The notes under the pieces are model-generated. The model ran no database searches. It saw only the letters and a program-made list of their open reading frames with translations, and was not told the DNA's origin. Made by a program: the position numbers and the translations under genes. From NCBI RefSeq assembly GCF_000175255.2, contig NC_017262.1:1989774-2021773 (forward strand): a DNA stretch of 32,000 bases. Reading direction: 5' to 3'. Shown here in pieces: positions 1 through 9,613 of the stretch; position 1 is the stretch's first letter, and each line of letters starts with the position of its first letter. Source of the stretch: Zymomonas mobilis subsp. mobilis ATCC 10988. GTDB taxonomy: Bacteria > Pseudomonadota > Alphaproteobacteria > Sphingomonadales > Sphingomonadaceae.

Positions 1-269
1 AACAAGATCCGCAAGACAAAGGCTCAATGAAACTGATGATGGTTGACCAAAATCCGTTTCATCTTATCCATGCGGTGGCGGCAGGTATTGTGGGGCGGCT
101 CGGGAAAAGCCGTATCAAAGGCGTTCATCTCAAACAGGATGATGAAATCAGAATTGCTGGTGAACGCTCACATTTAATCTTGGATGGCGAAGTCTTTTAC
201 GCGGATAACGAACATCCGGTTATTTTGCGGCATACCGAGCCGATTTCTTTTGTGAAACTCGCCGTCTAA
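1..269 (+). CDS. C-terminal fragment of a diacylglycerol kinase/LCB5-family lipid kinase-like protein (5' end outside window)
   Basis: The reading frame of ORF 27..269 is open to the window edge (no stop upstream of the ATG). The C-terminal pattern 'GERSHLILDGEVFYADNEHPVILRHTEPISFVKLA' resembles the end of the DAGK accessory domain (xxxDGE...P..I). Family call from memory of motifs only. Confidence 0.5.
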   Translation, partial: QDPQDKGSMKLMMVDQNPFHLIHAVAAGIVGRLGKSRIKGVHLKQDDEIRIAGERSHLILDGEVFYADNEHPVILRHTEPISFVKLAV

Positions 270-312
270 ATTTTATTGCACTGATCTAAAAGCAGGGGGA
301 CTATAACCGCTT

Positions 313-1248
313 TTGGCGGTTATAATATGCTATAAATATATGATGCAAAAATGGAAGAATACGGATGTGCATGGCCTAAAAAGCATCATTGGTGAAGAAC
401 TGACAAAGACGGTTTTGCCGGAAATATCCGATATGGCGGCCGCTATTGCTGCACGGCATGGCTCTTCACGGGCTGTTCTTTTTTACGGCTCGGCTTTACG
501 CGCGACTGATCTTGATGGCCTGATGCTGGATTTTTACCTGATTGTTGATGATTATCATCAGGCTTATTCTCATCGCTGGTTGGCATGGGCGAATAAAGCA
601 CTGCCACCTAATGTTTTTCTTTTCCGTTACAAGGATTTTGTCGCCAAATATGCGGTGCTGACGCTTTCGGATTTCCGGCGGCTGGCGTCACTTGAAACCT
701 TGTCGGTTTCGGTCTGGGCGCGCTTTGCCCAACCCAGTCGCTTGGTCTGGGCAAAAGACAAAGATTCTGTCACCGCAACAATCGCTGTTGTGGCTTGTGC
801 GGCACCCACTCTTTTGGAAGCAGCGGCACCGCTCTTCTCGGGATCAAAAGATCCCCTTGACCGCTGGCGCGAAGCCTTCCGCTTGACCTATCAAGCCGAA
901 TTGCGGGTTGAAAAATCGGACGGTCGGGCTGATCTGATCGTGGACAGCAATCCCGAATATTACCGCCATATTACCCAAGCGGTTGTCGCTCATATCAGCC
1001 GAAATTTACCGAGCCGTAAGCAGGCTTTGCGCTTATGGGCAAAAAGAAGATGGCGCGGCAAATGGCTTAGTATTTTCCGCTTGGCCAAGGCTAGTTTCAC
1101 CTTCGCAGGTGGGCTTGATTATCTTGCATGGAAAATCAACCGCCATGCAGGCACTCAAATCATGATCAAGCCTTGGCAACGCCGTTTTCCGATTATTGGG
1201 GCATTAACACTTCTGCCCCGCTTACTTGCCAAAGGCACCGTGCGCTAA
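313..1248 (+). CDS. Conserved nucleotidyltransferase-like protein, possibly related to Tam41-type phosphatidate cytidylyltransferase
   Basis: 311-aa ORF; motif 'AVLFYGSALRATDLDGLMLDFYLIVDD' (YGS...MLDF..VDD) followed by 'AKYAVLTLSDFRRLAS'. Actual start may be the internal ATG near 340. Confidence 0.5.
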   Translation: MAVIICYKYMMQKWKNTDVHGLKSIIGEELTKTVLPEISDMAAAIAARHGSSRAVLFYGSALRATDLDGLMLDFYLIVDDYHQAYSHRWLAWANKALPPNVFLFRYKDFVAKYAVLTLSDFRRLASLETLSVSVWARFAQPSRLVWAKDKDSVTATIAVVACAAPTLLEAAAPLFSGSKDPLDRWREAFRLTYQAELRVEKSDGRADLIVDSNPEYYRHITQAVVAHISRNLPSRKQALRLWAKRRWRGKWLSIFRLAKASFTFAGGLDYLAWKINRHAGTQIMIKPWQRRFPIIGALTLLPRLLAKGTVR

Positions 1249-1302
1249 TAGCTTTAAACGCATCTGAAATGGAAAGAACCGGCCTAGACAGCCGGTTCTT
1301 TT

Positions 1303-3528
1303 TTATTTTCCAAGATTTTGTAATAAGCCTGTTGTCAGAATTTGCGGCAATATCTGAATTTCGCCATCGGCGGGATAATAGAGATAAAGCGGAATACCCG
1401 AACGATGCATCTTGGACAGAAAACGGGTAATTTCAGGATCACCATTTGTCCAATCGCCATGCAAGGTAACAATACCCTTCTGCCGGAAAGCCTGACGAGT
1501 GCTATCACGATCAATCGCCATTTTCTCGTTGACCTTACAAGTCAGACACCAATCTGCCGAAAAATAGATGAAAAGCGGTTTTTTCTGGCGATGTAATTCT
1601 TCAACCGCTTGTTCACTAAAAGGCTCTATCTCCGGCGCATCTTTAGCGTTTTCGACTTTTGGATTTGTCTCACTTGCAATCGGATGGGCAGGGGTAAAAG
1701 AACCAATCACCACTGAAAATAGGATCGCTATCGCCGCAGGTAAAAAGCTGTAATTCTTTCCCTTATGTTGGCGTTTTCCTGTCCACCATAACCCTGTTGC
1801 CGATATCAGACAGATACCGAAGGCAACAATTAAACCATCCGTTCCGATCTGATGCCCTAATGTCCATCCCAACCACAAGGCAGTGATAAACATCGGAATA
1901 GCCAAAATATGGCGCATCGTGGCCATCCATGCCCCGGGTCTTGGCAATAATTTCCGTATCGGCGGGACAAAACCAATCGCCAAAAAGGGCAGTGCCATAC
2001 CAATACCCAATCCGGCAAAAACCATCAGGGATTCAATCGGTGACAAGACCAAGGCAACCCCGATCGCTGCCGCCATAAAGGGACCCGTGCAAGGGGTCGC
2101 AATAAAGGCGGCCAAAGCGCCCGTGGTAAAGGCACCTAAAAGGCTATCCTGTTTTGGATTAGCTCCGCCGTTAAAACTCGGAAGCTCAAATAATCCGGCC
2201 AGATTAAAACCAATCATGGCGGTTAAAACCATCAAAGCCAAAACGATATGGGGATATTGCAACTGGAATGCCCATCCAACGGCATGCCCTCCCGCTCGAA
2301 ACAAAAGAAGTGCCGCACCCAATCCCAAACAGACCATAATCACACCAGCGCTATAGGCTGAGGCTTCTAACCGATGGGCTTTTTCAGGGGCATGGGTGCG
2401 GGCAAGGCTCAAGGCCTTCAGGCTCAAGATAGGAAAGACGCAAGGCATGATATTTAAAATCAGCCCACCCAAAAACGCCCCTGCCAAAGCCAACCATAAC
2501 AGCTTGCCATTATGTCCTTTTCCTACAGAGGGAGTTTCATTTTGTGCTGTATTCTGTTGCGGGGAAGCTGTCGCTTTGGCTTGGCCTTCTTCACTTGATG
2601 CCGTCAAAATAACGGGATTTTTGTCCGGTAGAGAGATATTGCCTTTTTGAGCATTGACCAAGAAACCCTTTCCGTCTTTTAAACGGAAAACGCCGGTTAT
2701 AGCGGAGGGAATAGAGGCTTTTTCCCGCAAGGGCAGGGTCAGAAAAAGGGCGTTACCCTCACGAAGCAAGCGTTGATCGGCACTATAGTCAAACACGCCA
2801 TCTTGTGACGGGAAAAACCACACGCCATTGATCGTGGTATCAAGCTTTTCGGTTTCGGGATAATCCAGTTTCAGAATGATTTGATTCTGTTGTTGGGCAA
2901 ATAAAGCCTGCCTTCCAGTTGTTTCTGGTAAAGCCCGTCGAAAGGCCTGAAATAGTTGGCTATTATCCGCTGTAATTTCACCCTTACCGATATGCAGCAA
3001 CAAATGACGTTCGGCCGTTTCTGGCACACAGCTGGTATCGGTGCAGGCCAACCAATTTAACTGCGCCGATATCGGCAAAGCTGTTCCCACAGGCAAGCCG
3101 GCCGGAATATCCAGATCAATCAACAAGCGATAATCATGCTGATAGACATAGCTCATTAAACCGGCGACTTTCATCTTTTCCGGTATCGGATACTGGATAG
3201 CCGAGGTTTTAATTTTATAAGGAAAATGCCAGATTATTTCGGTTTCTTGTCCGGCATCACCCCCGTTTTTCCAATAACCATGCCAGCCCTGATGGGGCTT
3301 CATTTCCAAGGCTACGGTCACCTTTGTCCCTGCTTTAGGGGTTAAGGTCTCTGCGATAAATTGTGGCTCGATATGCAAATCGCTATCGGACAAAGTCGCG
3401 GCAGAAAGGGGATAGATGAAAAGGGCTAAAGCCCAGCAAAAAAGGCAGCCAAAGGCGCGGTAAACGGAGGCCAATATCGTCATAACCCTCACGGTAACAT
3501 TTCTTTTCATGAAAGCAAGAAAGAACAA
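1303..3528 (-). CDS. dsbD: Thiol:disulfide interchange protein DsbD-like (N-terminal DsbD domain, multi-TM core, C-terminal thioredoxin domain)
   Basis: 741-aa ORF with TM core cysteine motifs 'MPCVFPILSLK' and 'ATPCTGPF' and thioredoxin motif 'SADWCLTCK'. Start may be one of the internal Met codons. Confidence 0.88.
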   Translation of the reverse strand: MFFLAFMKRNVTVRVMTILASVYRAFGCLFCWALALFIYPLSAATLSDSDLHIEPQFIAETLTPKAGTKVTVALEMKPHQGWHGYWKNGGDAGQETEIIWHFPYKIKTSAIQYPIPEKMKVAGLMSYVYQHDYRLLIDLDIPAGLPVGTALPISAQLNWLACTDTSCVPETAERHLLLHIGKGEITADNSQLFQAFRRALPETTGRQALFAQQQNQIILKLDYPETEKLDTTINGVWFFPSQDGVFDYSADQRLLREGNALFLTLPLREKASIPSAITGVFRLKDGKGFLVNAQKGNISLPDKNPVILTASSEEGQAKATASPQQNTAQNETPSVGKGHNGKLLWLALAGAFLGGLILNIMPCVFPILSLKALSLARTHAPEKAHRLEASAYSAGVIMVCLGLGAALLLFRAGGHAVGWAFQLQYPHIVLALMVLTAMIGFNLAGLFELPSFNGGANPKQDSLLGAFTTGALAAFIATPCTGPFMAAAIGVALVLSPIESLMVFAGLGIGMALPFLAIGFVPPIRKLLPRPGAWMATMRHILAIPMFITALWLGWTLGHQIGTDGLIVAFGICLISATGLWWTGKRQHKGKNYSFLPAAIAILFSVVIGSFTPAHPIASETNPKVENAKDAPEIEPFSEQAVEELHRQKKPLFIYFSADWCLTCKVNEKMAIDRDSTRQAFRQKGIVTLHGDWTNGDPEITRFLSKMHRSGIPLYLYYPADGEIQILPQILTTGLLQNLGK

Positions 3529-3642
3529 GTTTAAGATAGTTCTATCGCAAGTTTATTAAGGGCTGGTCGTTCAGAAATCTTTCTTGTAGGCTCCCCCCAT
3601 CGGCGTTTTTCAAAGCCCCATCCCAAGACAGAAAGATCAAAA

Positions 3643-5409
3643 ATGGTTTCTCTTCGGCACCGTCCGTTTCTGACGGCTTTTTCTGCGCTTATTGCTTTTT
3701 CAAGCAGCCATCTGGCCATGGCACGTCAAACCCAAAAACCGGTGACGGTCACAAAAGAAATCGACTGGTCTGATGTTGCCCATCTGCCTAAAAAATCAAC
3801 CGCCTCTCACGCTATGGTAGCGGCGGCCAATCCTTTGGCGGTAAAGGCTGGATATGATGTCTTGAAAGCAGGCGGCAGTGCCGTTGATGCAGCGGTTGCT
3901 ATCCAAGCCGTTTTGGGGCTGGTTGAACCACAAAGTTCAGGCATCGGCGGCGGTGCTTTCATGACCTATTATGATGCCAAAACCCATAAAGTAACGGCCT
4001 ATAATGGGCGAGAAACCGCTCCGGCTGATGCTACGCCTGATATGTTTTTGGATGATAATAAAAACCCGATTCCGTTTAAACAGGCGGTTGTTTCCGGTCG
4101 CGCCACGGGTGTTCCGGGGGCTGTTGCTATGCTGGAATTGGCACAAAAAGAACATGGTATTTTGCCATGGCGTCAATTATTTACGCCTGCGATTGCCCTA
4201 GCCGAGCAAGGCTTTACCGTTTCGCCACGCCTTGCCAGCATGATTAACGGCCATTCCCCCGAAGCCTATACCGAAGACGCTATCCGCTATTTTGTTAAAG
4301 CTAACGGAGAACGCTATCAGGCCGGTGATATTTTAAAGAATCCTGATTATGCGAATAGTTTGAAGGCCATTTCCGAAAAAGGTTCGGCTGCCTTGCTCAC
4401 GGGGGCGATTGCACAGGCGATTGTAGATAAAGTCCATCAAGCGCCTTTGGCGGGCAGTATGACGATGGCTGATCTTGCGGGTTATCGCCCGAAAGAAAGC
4501 GCCGCTTTATGTAAAGGCTATCATCTCTATGTCGTCTGCACTCCCGATGCGCCTTCAGGTGGCGTTGGGTTGCAAGAGGCTTTAGGCTTGCTCTCACATA
4601 CCGATATTGATCGCCGCAATGCCGATGATCCGAAAGCATGGTTGGAATTTGCCGAAGCTAGCCGTCTTGCCTATGCTGACCGCGATTATTTTGTCGGTGA
4701 TCCTGATTTTGTAAAAGTGCCGGTCACCGGATTATTAGACCCTCATTATATCGCCGAAAGGGCAAAATTGATTGGCGATAAAGCCAATCCCCAAGCCCCC
4801 AGCCACGGTAATCCCAAAGGCGCGCCCAGCTATAGCATGGATGCAACGGCTGAACCGGGCGGCACAACCCATCTTGTTATTGTCGATAGCAAGGGAAATG
4901 CTGTCTCGATGACGACGACGGTTGAAAATATCTTTGGCTCTGGTCGTATGGTGGGCGGTTTCTTCCTAAACAACCAATTGACAGATTTTTCTTTCTCGCC
5001 ACAGGCCTATGACAATACACCGGCCGCGAATGCTGTTGCGGGTGACAAACGTCCCCGTTCAACGATGGCACCGACACTGGTCTTTAACCAGAAAGGCCAA
5101 TTTGTCGCTGCCTTGGGTTCACCAGGGGGCAGCTCTATTCAGGCCTACAATCTGAAAGCGATTGTGGCCCTTCTCGATTGGCATATGCCGGTTGATCAAG
5201 CCTTGGCGCTTCCCAATCTGGTCGCCCATGGCACGCTTTTTCTTTCCGACCCGTTTCCTGCCAAGGTATCACAAGGCCTGAAGGATTTAGGCGTTACGCT
5301 AACACCGGCAGAGCATGAAGAATCCGGCCTTCAAGCGATTATCAAACGGGGTAACTATTACGAAGGCGGTGCCGATATCAGAAGAGAAGGCACGGCCGTC
5401 GGCTTCTAA
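3643..5409 (+). CDS. ggt: Gamma-glutamyltranspeptidase, with predicted N-terminal signal peptide
   Basis: 588-aa ORF; 'DVLKAGGSAVDAAVAIQAVLGLVEPQSSGIGGGAF', autoprocessing region 'GGTTHLVIVDSKGNAVSMTTTVENIFGSG', 'KRPRSTMAPTLVF..GSPGGSSI'. Confidence 0.95.
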   Translation: MVSLRHRPFLTAFSALIAFSSSHLAMARQTQKPVTVTKEIDWSDVAHLPKKSTASHAMVAAANPLAVKAGYDVLKAGGSAVDAAVAIQAVLGLVEPQSSGIGGGAFMTYYDAKTHKVTAYNGRETAPADATPDMFLDDNKNPIPFKQAVVSGRATGVPGAVAMLELAQKEHGILPWRQLFTPAIALAEQGFTVSPRLASMINGHSPEAYTEDAIRYFVKANGERYQAGDILKNPDYANSLKAISEKGSAALLTGAIAQAIVDKVHQAPLAGSMTMADLAGYRPKESAALCKGYHLYVVCTPDAPSGGVGLQEALGLLSHTDIDRRNADDPKAWLEFAEASRLAYADRDYFVGDPDFVKVPVTGLLDPHYIAERAKLIGDKANPQAPSHGNPKGAPSYSMDATAEPGGTTHLVIVDSKGNAVSMTTTVENIFGSGRMVGGFFLNNQLTDFSFSPQAYDNTPAANAVAGDKRPRSTMAPTLVFNQKGQFVAALGSPGGSSIQAYNLKAIVALLDWHMPVDQALALPNLVAHGTLFLSDPFPAKVSQGLKDLGVTLTPAEHEESGLQAIIKRGNYYEGGADIRREGTAVGF

Positions 5410-5416
5410 GACATCA

Positions 5417-5464
5417 AAACACCCCTGTAATCAAAGCGATAACGCTCTGGCTACAGGGGTGTTT
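5417..5464 (+). terminator. Inverted repeat immediately after ggt, terminator-like
   Basis: AAACACCCCTGTA (5417-5429) pairs perfectly over 13 bp with TACAGGGGTGTTT (5452-5464), 8 nt after the ggt stop; also lies downstream of convergent ctrA. T-tract is weak. Confidence 0.6.
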
Positions 5465-5543
5465 AAATCGGTCAAAATATCCTGCTGATAGATACGATTC
5501 TTATCGTAACCGATCTAAAGTAAATCCACTCGCAACGGAAATT

Positions 5544-6248
5544 TTAAGCCTGCTGGCCTTCCAATTCGGCATGTTCTGCTTCGCGCAAGATGTAACCGCG
5601 TCCCCAGACCGTTTCGATATAATTTTCGTCAGGATAGGCTTTGTTCAGCTTTTTCCGCAGTTTGCAGACAAAGACATCAATAATTTTTAATTCCGGTTCA
5701 TCCATCCCACCATAAAGATGGTTCAAGAACATTTCTTTCGTGATGGTGGTGCCTTTTCTCAAAGACAGCAATTCCAATATGGCATATTCTTTACCGGTCA
5801 GATGAACAGGCTTGTTATCAATCTCGACTGTTTTACTATCAAGATTGACGGTTAAACGGCCTGTTTTAATAATTGACTGGGAATGGCCTTGGGAACGGCG
5901 AACAACGGCTTGAATACGGGCAATCAATTCTTCCTGATGGAAAGGCTTGGTCAAATAATCATCAGCCCCAAAGCCCAAAGCCCGCACTTTGGATTCCATT
6001 TCGGCAATACCAGACAATACAATGATCGGCGTTTTTACCTGCGCCGTCCGTAACGTCTTTAATACTTCATAGCCATGCATATCGGGCAAATTGAGATCAA
6101 GACAAATGATATCATAATCATACAGCTTGCCCAGATCGATGCCTTCTTCGCCAAGGTCTGTCGTATAGACATTGAAACGCTTTTTCGTCAGCATCAATTC
6201 GATAGATTTCGCCGTTGTCGGCTCATCTTCTATCAATAAAACACGCAT
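5544..6248 (-). CDS. ctrA: Cell-cycle response regulator CtrA (OmpR-type)
   Basis: 234 aa; receiver '[36 protein letters not shown]...[17 protein letters not shown]', winged-helix '[52 protein letters not shown]', typical of alphaproteobacterial CtrA. Confidence 0.95.
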   Translation of the reverse strand: MRVLLIEDEPTTAKSIELMLTKKRFNVYTTDLGEEGIDLGKLYDYDIICLDLNLPDMHGYEVLKTLRTAQVKTPIIVLSGIAEMESKVRALGFGADDYLTKPFHQEELIARIQAVVRRSQGHSQSIIKTGRLTVNLDSKTVEIDNKPVHLTGKEYAILELLSLRKGTTITKEMFLNHLYGGMDEPELKIIDVFVCKLRKKLNKAYPDENYIETVWGRGYILREAEHAELEGQQA

Positions 6249-6434
6249 TCTCCATTCCCCGTTATAGCTGTCATACTATTATTATAGTTGACAGGTTAAC
6301 TACGCCCCCTGCCATCAACTATCTTTTTCCTAGATATCTCCGTATCTTTGATGAAAAAGAAAGAAAGCCAGCATTCCATGAATTTTTATTATGTGATCAA
6401 AAAGAAGAATGCTGACATCTATAATAATTTACGA

Positions 6435-7130
6435 TCAAGATTCTGTTTTATATTTTAACTCTAAAAAGCGCTGCTGAGTAGCCAATTTATCAAGATCATG
6501 ATGGGCAAGCTCTTCTTCTATGCGACCTAGTGCCTGATTGATCACATCTAGGCCGGTTGCAAGCTGTGAATCAGGGCTATCCAGACCAGCGCGTTTCTGT
6601 GTTCTTAAGTTAACGGGTATTTCGACATAGCCTTTAACCAATTCCGGCATTTCTTCACTGACCAATTTTCGCATCTGGGTCGCTGTCGGATCATCTTCCG
6701 GCAGTTTTTCGGTGACAGAGGACAAATGCGATAATTTATCAAGGATCGATTCTGCCAAAGGACGGGCAGGCGGCGGCAAAGCCTGTTTCTGGGCTGACAG
6801 CCATGAAGCGGCCTGCGACGGTAATTGTTTTAAAGACTGTTTTTGCAAATTTTCAATTTTAACCGGACGCGGCAAGGGCAGGGTCAAAGGTGCCAAAATA
6901 CTCCCCAAGACCAAGGCCGCAAAAGTCAGGATAATACCAGAAATGCCCAGCGGATGGATAAAACCAATAATAAAGGCGGCCAGTATAATCGCCGCATCCG
7001 TTACACATAGCCGCTTTAGTCGCCGTCCTAACAGGCTTTTCTTTGCAAAGGCGCGGCTTGCTTCTTGACCATCCCGAAGCCTTGCCAAAACAGCCTGCGC
7101 TTCCAAAAGTATTTGCTGATTACTGGCCAT
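6435..7130 (-). CDS. XpaC-like membrane-associated protein, partner of the TelA-like gene
   Basis: 231 aa; two hydrophobic segments (VTDAAIILAAFIIGFI / GISGIILTFAALVLGSIL) then a helical C-terminal domain; ends about 10 nt downstream of the TelA-like gene in the same orientation, the usual XpaC-TelA arrangement. Confidence 0.55.
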   Translation of the reverse strand: MASNQQILLEAQAVLARLRDGQEASRAFAKKSLLGRRLKRLCVTDAAIILAAFIIGFIHPLGISGIILTFAALVLGSILAPLTLPLPRPVKIENLQKQSLKQLPSQAASWLSAQKQALPPPARPLAESILDKLSHLSSVTEKLPEDDPTATQMRKLVSEEMPELVKGYVEIPVNLRTQKRAGLDSPDSQLATGLDVINQALGRIEEELAHHDLDKLATQQRFLELKYKTES

Positions 7131-7139
7131 TTATTTCCC

Positions 7140-8417
7140 TTACAAAGGCTTGAACGGATCTCCTGTCGGAACCGTTTTAGAAGCCGCCGCCGCAGGCGGT
7201 GCATTTTTGTCCTCTGCCTGCATCAACTGTTTCATTGCTTGGTCTTGACCTTGGCCGGAACCTTGCGCCCGCGCAATATAACCGCGTGATTTCTCAATTT
7301 CGTCAGACAAGACATCGACCGTCTGTTTCATCGAAGACAAGGCTTGGACTTTATATTGGTCAATAGAATCCATGGTTGCATAGATATTGCTAAAGGCACG
7401 CTTCAGAACATCGAGTGGGATCGTTGCCGATGCCGCTTGTTTCTGAATCTCTCCGGTCTGGTTTCTTAACATTTCGCCAGTGGAATCGATAATATTCGCC
7501 GTCGTGCTGTTCAAAGCATTGATCTGTTCCAGAACAAGCTTTTGGTTGGTCAAAGCCTGCGCCACGGTCACGGCTGTTTTTAGGGCGGCCACTGTCGTTG
7601 TCGAAGCGCGATCAACCCCTTTAATCAGTTCGATATTATTCTTTCTGACCAGATCCAATGCCAGATAGCCCTGAACACTCACGGCTAATTGGGTCAAAAG
7701 ATCTGTTACCCGTTGCCGGACATAGAACAGCGCGCTTTCCCGCAAGGTCTTGGCTTTGGCTGGATCGCTGATGTCCAGCTCATGACTTTTGGCTTCCAAC
7801 TGGCTATCCAGCGTTTTCGCCATATAAATCATCTGTTCCAGACGTTCCAACGTCGCCCATAAGGTCTGGCGCTCAACGTCAATCGCCGCATTATCTTTCA
7901 ACAATTCATCCTTACCGCTTTCAAGACTGGTAAGAATGGTGCCGATATGGGATTGCGCCGATTTATAGCTGTCGAAATAATCGCGGAGCTTGTTTCCGAA
8001 AGGAATAATACCAAAAATCTTCTTGGGCGCCGTTAAATCACCGCGTTTTCCGGGATCAAGGTCTTCGATCACCCGCCGCAACTGGGCAAGATTGGAACCA
8101 ATGGGGCTACTGCCATCCATGGCTTTAACCGGACGATCCAAAAAACGATTAGATTGATTGGCGGCTTCCCGAATTTCATTGCGTCCCAGATTGATGATAG
8201 AATCAACTTTTTTGCCAAATTCGGGGCTATTGGGATTTTCGGCCACCAGTTCTTCAATAAAGCCGCTCACCTTGGCTTCAAGCTGGCTTTTTTTGCCATC
8301 ATCCAATGGGACTAAACCATCGGCTTTTTCTGTCGAAACGGGTGGAACAGGATCAGGGGGAGTTAGCTTTAAATCAGCATTATTCTGACCAGCGGCATTA
8401 TTTTCTGTAACCATCAA
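7140..8417 (-). CDS. TelA/KlaA-family toxic anion resistance-like protein
   Basis: 425 aa; 'ANQSNRFLDRPVKAMD', 'RGDLTAPKKIFGIIPFGNKLRDYFDSYKSAQSHIGTILTSLESGKDELLKDNAAIDVERQTLW', 'LTNQKLVLEQINALNSTTANIIDSTGEMLRNQ' are characteristic of the family. Confidence 0.88.
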   Translation of the reverse strand: MMVTENNAAGQNNADLKLTPPDPVPPVSTEKADGLVPLDDGKKSQLEAKVSGFIEELVAENPNSPEFGKKVDSIINLGRNEIREAANQSNRFLDRPVKAMDGSSPIGSNLAQLRRVIEDLDPGKRGDLTAPKKIFGIIPFGNKLRDYFDSYKSAQSHIGTILTSLESGKDELLKDNAAIDVERQTLWATLERLEQMIYMAKTLDSQLEAKSHELDISDPAKAKTLRESALFYVRQRVTDLLTQLAVSVQGYLALDLVRKNNIELIKGVDRASTTTVAALKTAVTVAQALTNQKLVLEQINALNSTTANIIDSTGEMLRNQTGEIQKQAASATIPLDVLKRAFSNIYATMDSIDQYKVQALSSMKQTVDVLSDEIEKSRGYIARAQGSGQGQDQAMKQLMQAEDKNAPPAAAASKTVPTGDPFKPL

Positions 8418-8497
8418 GCGGCACTCCCCAACTATCCATCTGTAAAATCTGGCCTTTTATTTCCGGTCTTCAAGAGACGAAAAGAAATTTAACGCTT

Positions 8498-9418
8498 TTA
8501 CCTGACCCATTCCAAACCGATTTCATTATAAATGTCGCGATCTTCATCCCATCTCGGGCTGACTTTAACATGCAGGAATAGATGAACTTTGCAGCCTAAA
8601 ATCTGGGATAATTCGGCACGGGCTTTACTGCCGATTTCTTTCAGCCTTGCACCATGATGACCGACAACAATCGCCTTTTGGGAATCGCGGGCGATCAAGA
8701 TTTGCTGATGAATAGCGACCGAACCATCTTTCCGCTCTTCATATTTTTCGGTTTCAACTGCGGCGGCATAGGGTAATTCATCATGAAGCTGTAAAAAGAT
8801 TTGTTCGCGGGTAATTTCTGCTGCCAACATACGATCCGTGACATCTGACACCTGATCTTCTGGGAAATGCCATGGGCTTTCCGGCATCATATCCGCCAAA
8901 GAACGCTTAAGATCGGCGACCCCATCTCCGGTTGTGGCCGAAACCATAAACAAGGCTTCCGGCTTGATCGCTTCATAAAGCTTTTGTGCCAAAGCCAGTA
9001 ATTCAGCTTTCGGGGTGATATCGACTTTATTCAGAATAATAACTTTGGGTTCTTTACGGGCGGCAACAGCTTCCACCAAAGGTTCAATTCGGCGGGTAAG
9101 ACCAGAAGAGGCATCCACCACCAAAGCCACGAGATTGGCACCTTCGGCACTGCCCCAAGCGGCGGCAACCATCGCGCGATCAAAACGCTTTTTCGGGGTA
9201 AAAATACCGGGCGTATCCACTAACAAGATCTGGGTCTGATCCTGCAAGGCAATACCCATTAAACGGGCGCGGGTTGTCTGCGCCTTGGGGCTGATAATGG
9301 CAATTTTCTGGCCAACCAACGCATTAACAAGGGTTGATTTACCAGCATTCGGCGCACCCACAATGGCGACCAGACCGCAATGCTGGGTATTCTCTGAAGG
9401 CGTATTCGTATCTTTCAT
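8498..9418 (-). CDS. era: GTPase Era
   Basis: 306 aa; G1 'GAPNAGKSTLVN', G3 'DTPG', G4 'NKVD', C-terminal KH domain 'ILIARDSQKAIVVGHHGARLKEIGSKARAELSQILGCKVHLFLHVKV'. Confidence 0.96.
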   Translation of the reverse strand: MKDTNTPSENTQHCGLVAIVGAPNAGKSTLVNALVGQKIAIISPKAQTTRARLMGIALQDQTQILLVDTPGIFTPKKRFDRAMVAAAWGSAEGANLVALVVDASSGLTRRIEPLVEAVAARKEPKVIILNKVDITPKAELLALAQKLYEAIKPEALFMVSATTGDGVADLKRSLADMMPESPWHFPEDQVSDVTDRMLAAEITREQIFLQLHDELPYAAAVETEKYEERKDGSVAIHQQILIARDSQKAIVVGHHGARLKEIGSKARAELSQILGCKVHLFLHVKVSPRWDEDRDIYNEIGLEWVR

Positions 9419-9551
9419 TCTTTCTTCATAGAGAGAAGCGGGACGGAAAGGAATACCGCTTCTTTTCCGGTATTATCCTTCTCTCTTTTTATTTGTGATA
9501 GAGGCATAATCACCATTCAAATGACAGGCTCTCTTCGCAAAGACGTTGATA

Positions 9552-9584
9552 AAAAGGCCGCCTGCCACAACAGAACGGCCTTTT
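9552..9584 (-). terminator. Rho-independent terminator of the class-III PLP enzyme gene
   Basis: AAAAGGCCG (9552-9560) ... CGGCCTTTT (9576-9584), just past the minus-strand stop at 9614. Confidence 0.7.
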
Positions 9585-9613
9585 CAGATTAAATAGAAGC
9601 AAGCCGACGACTG

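Noticed and set aside
1883-2356. 157-aa ORF on + strand
   Set aside because: Antisense to dsbD, low-complexity Pro/Ala/Lys composition, no family resemblance.
6249-6434. CtrA autoregulatory site (TTAA-N7-TTAAC) in the ctrA upstream region
   Set aside because: Only one half (GTTAAC) is visible; the partner half at N7 spacing is absent.
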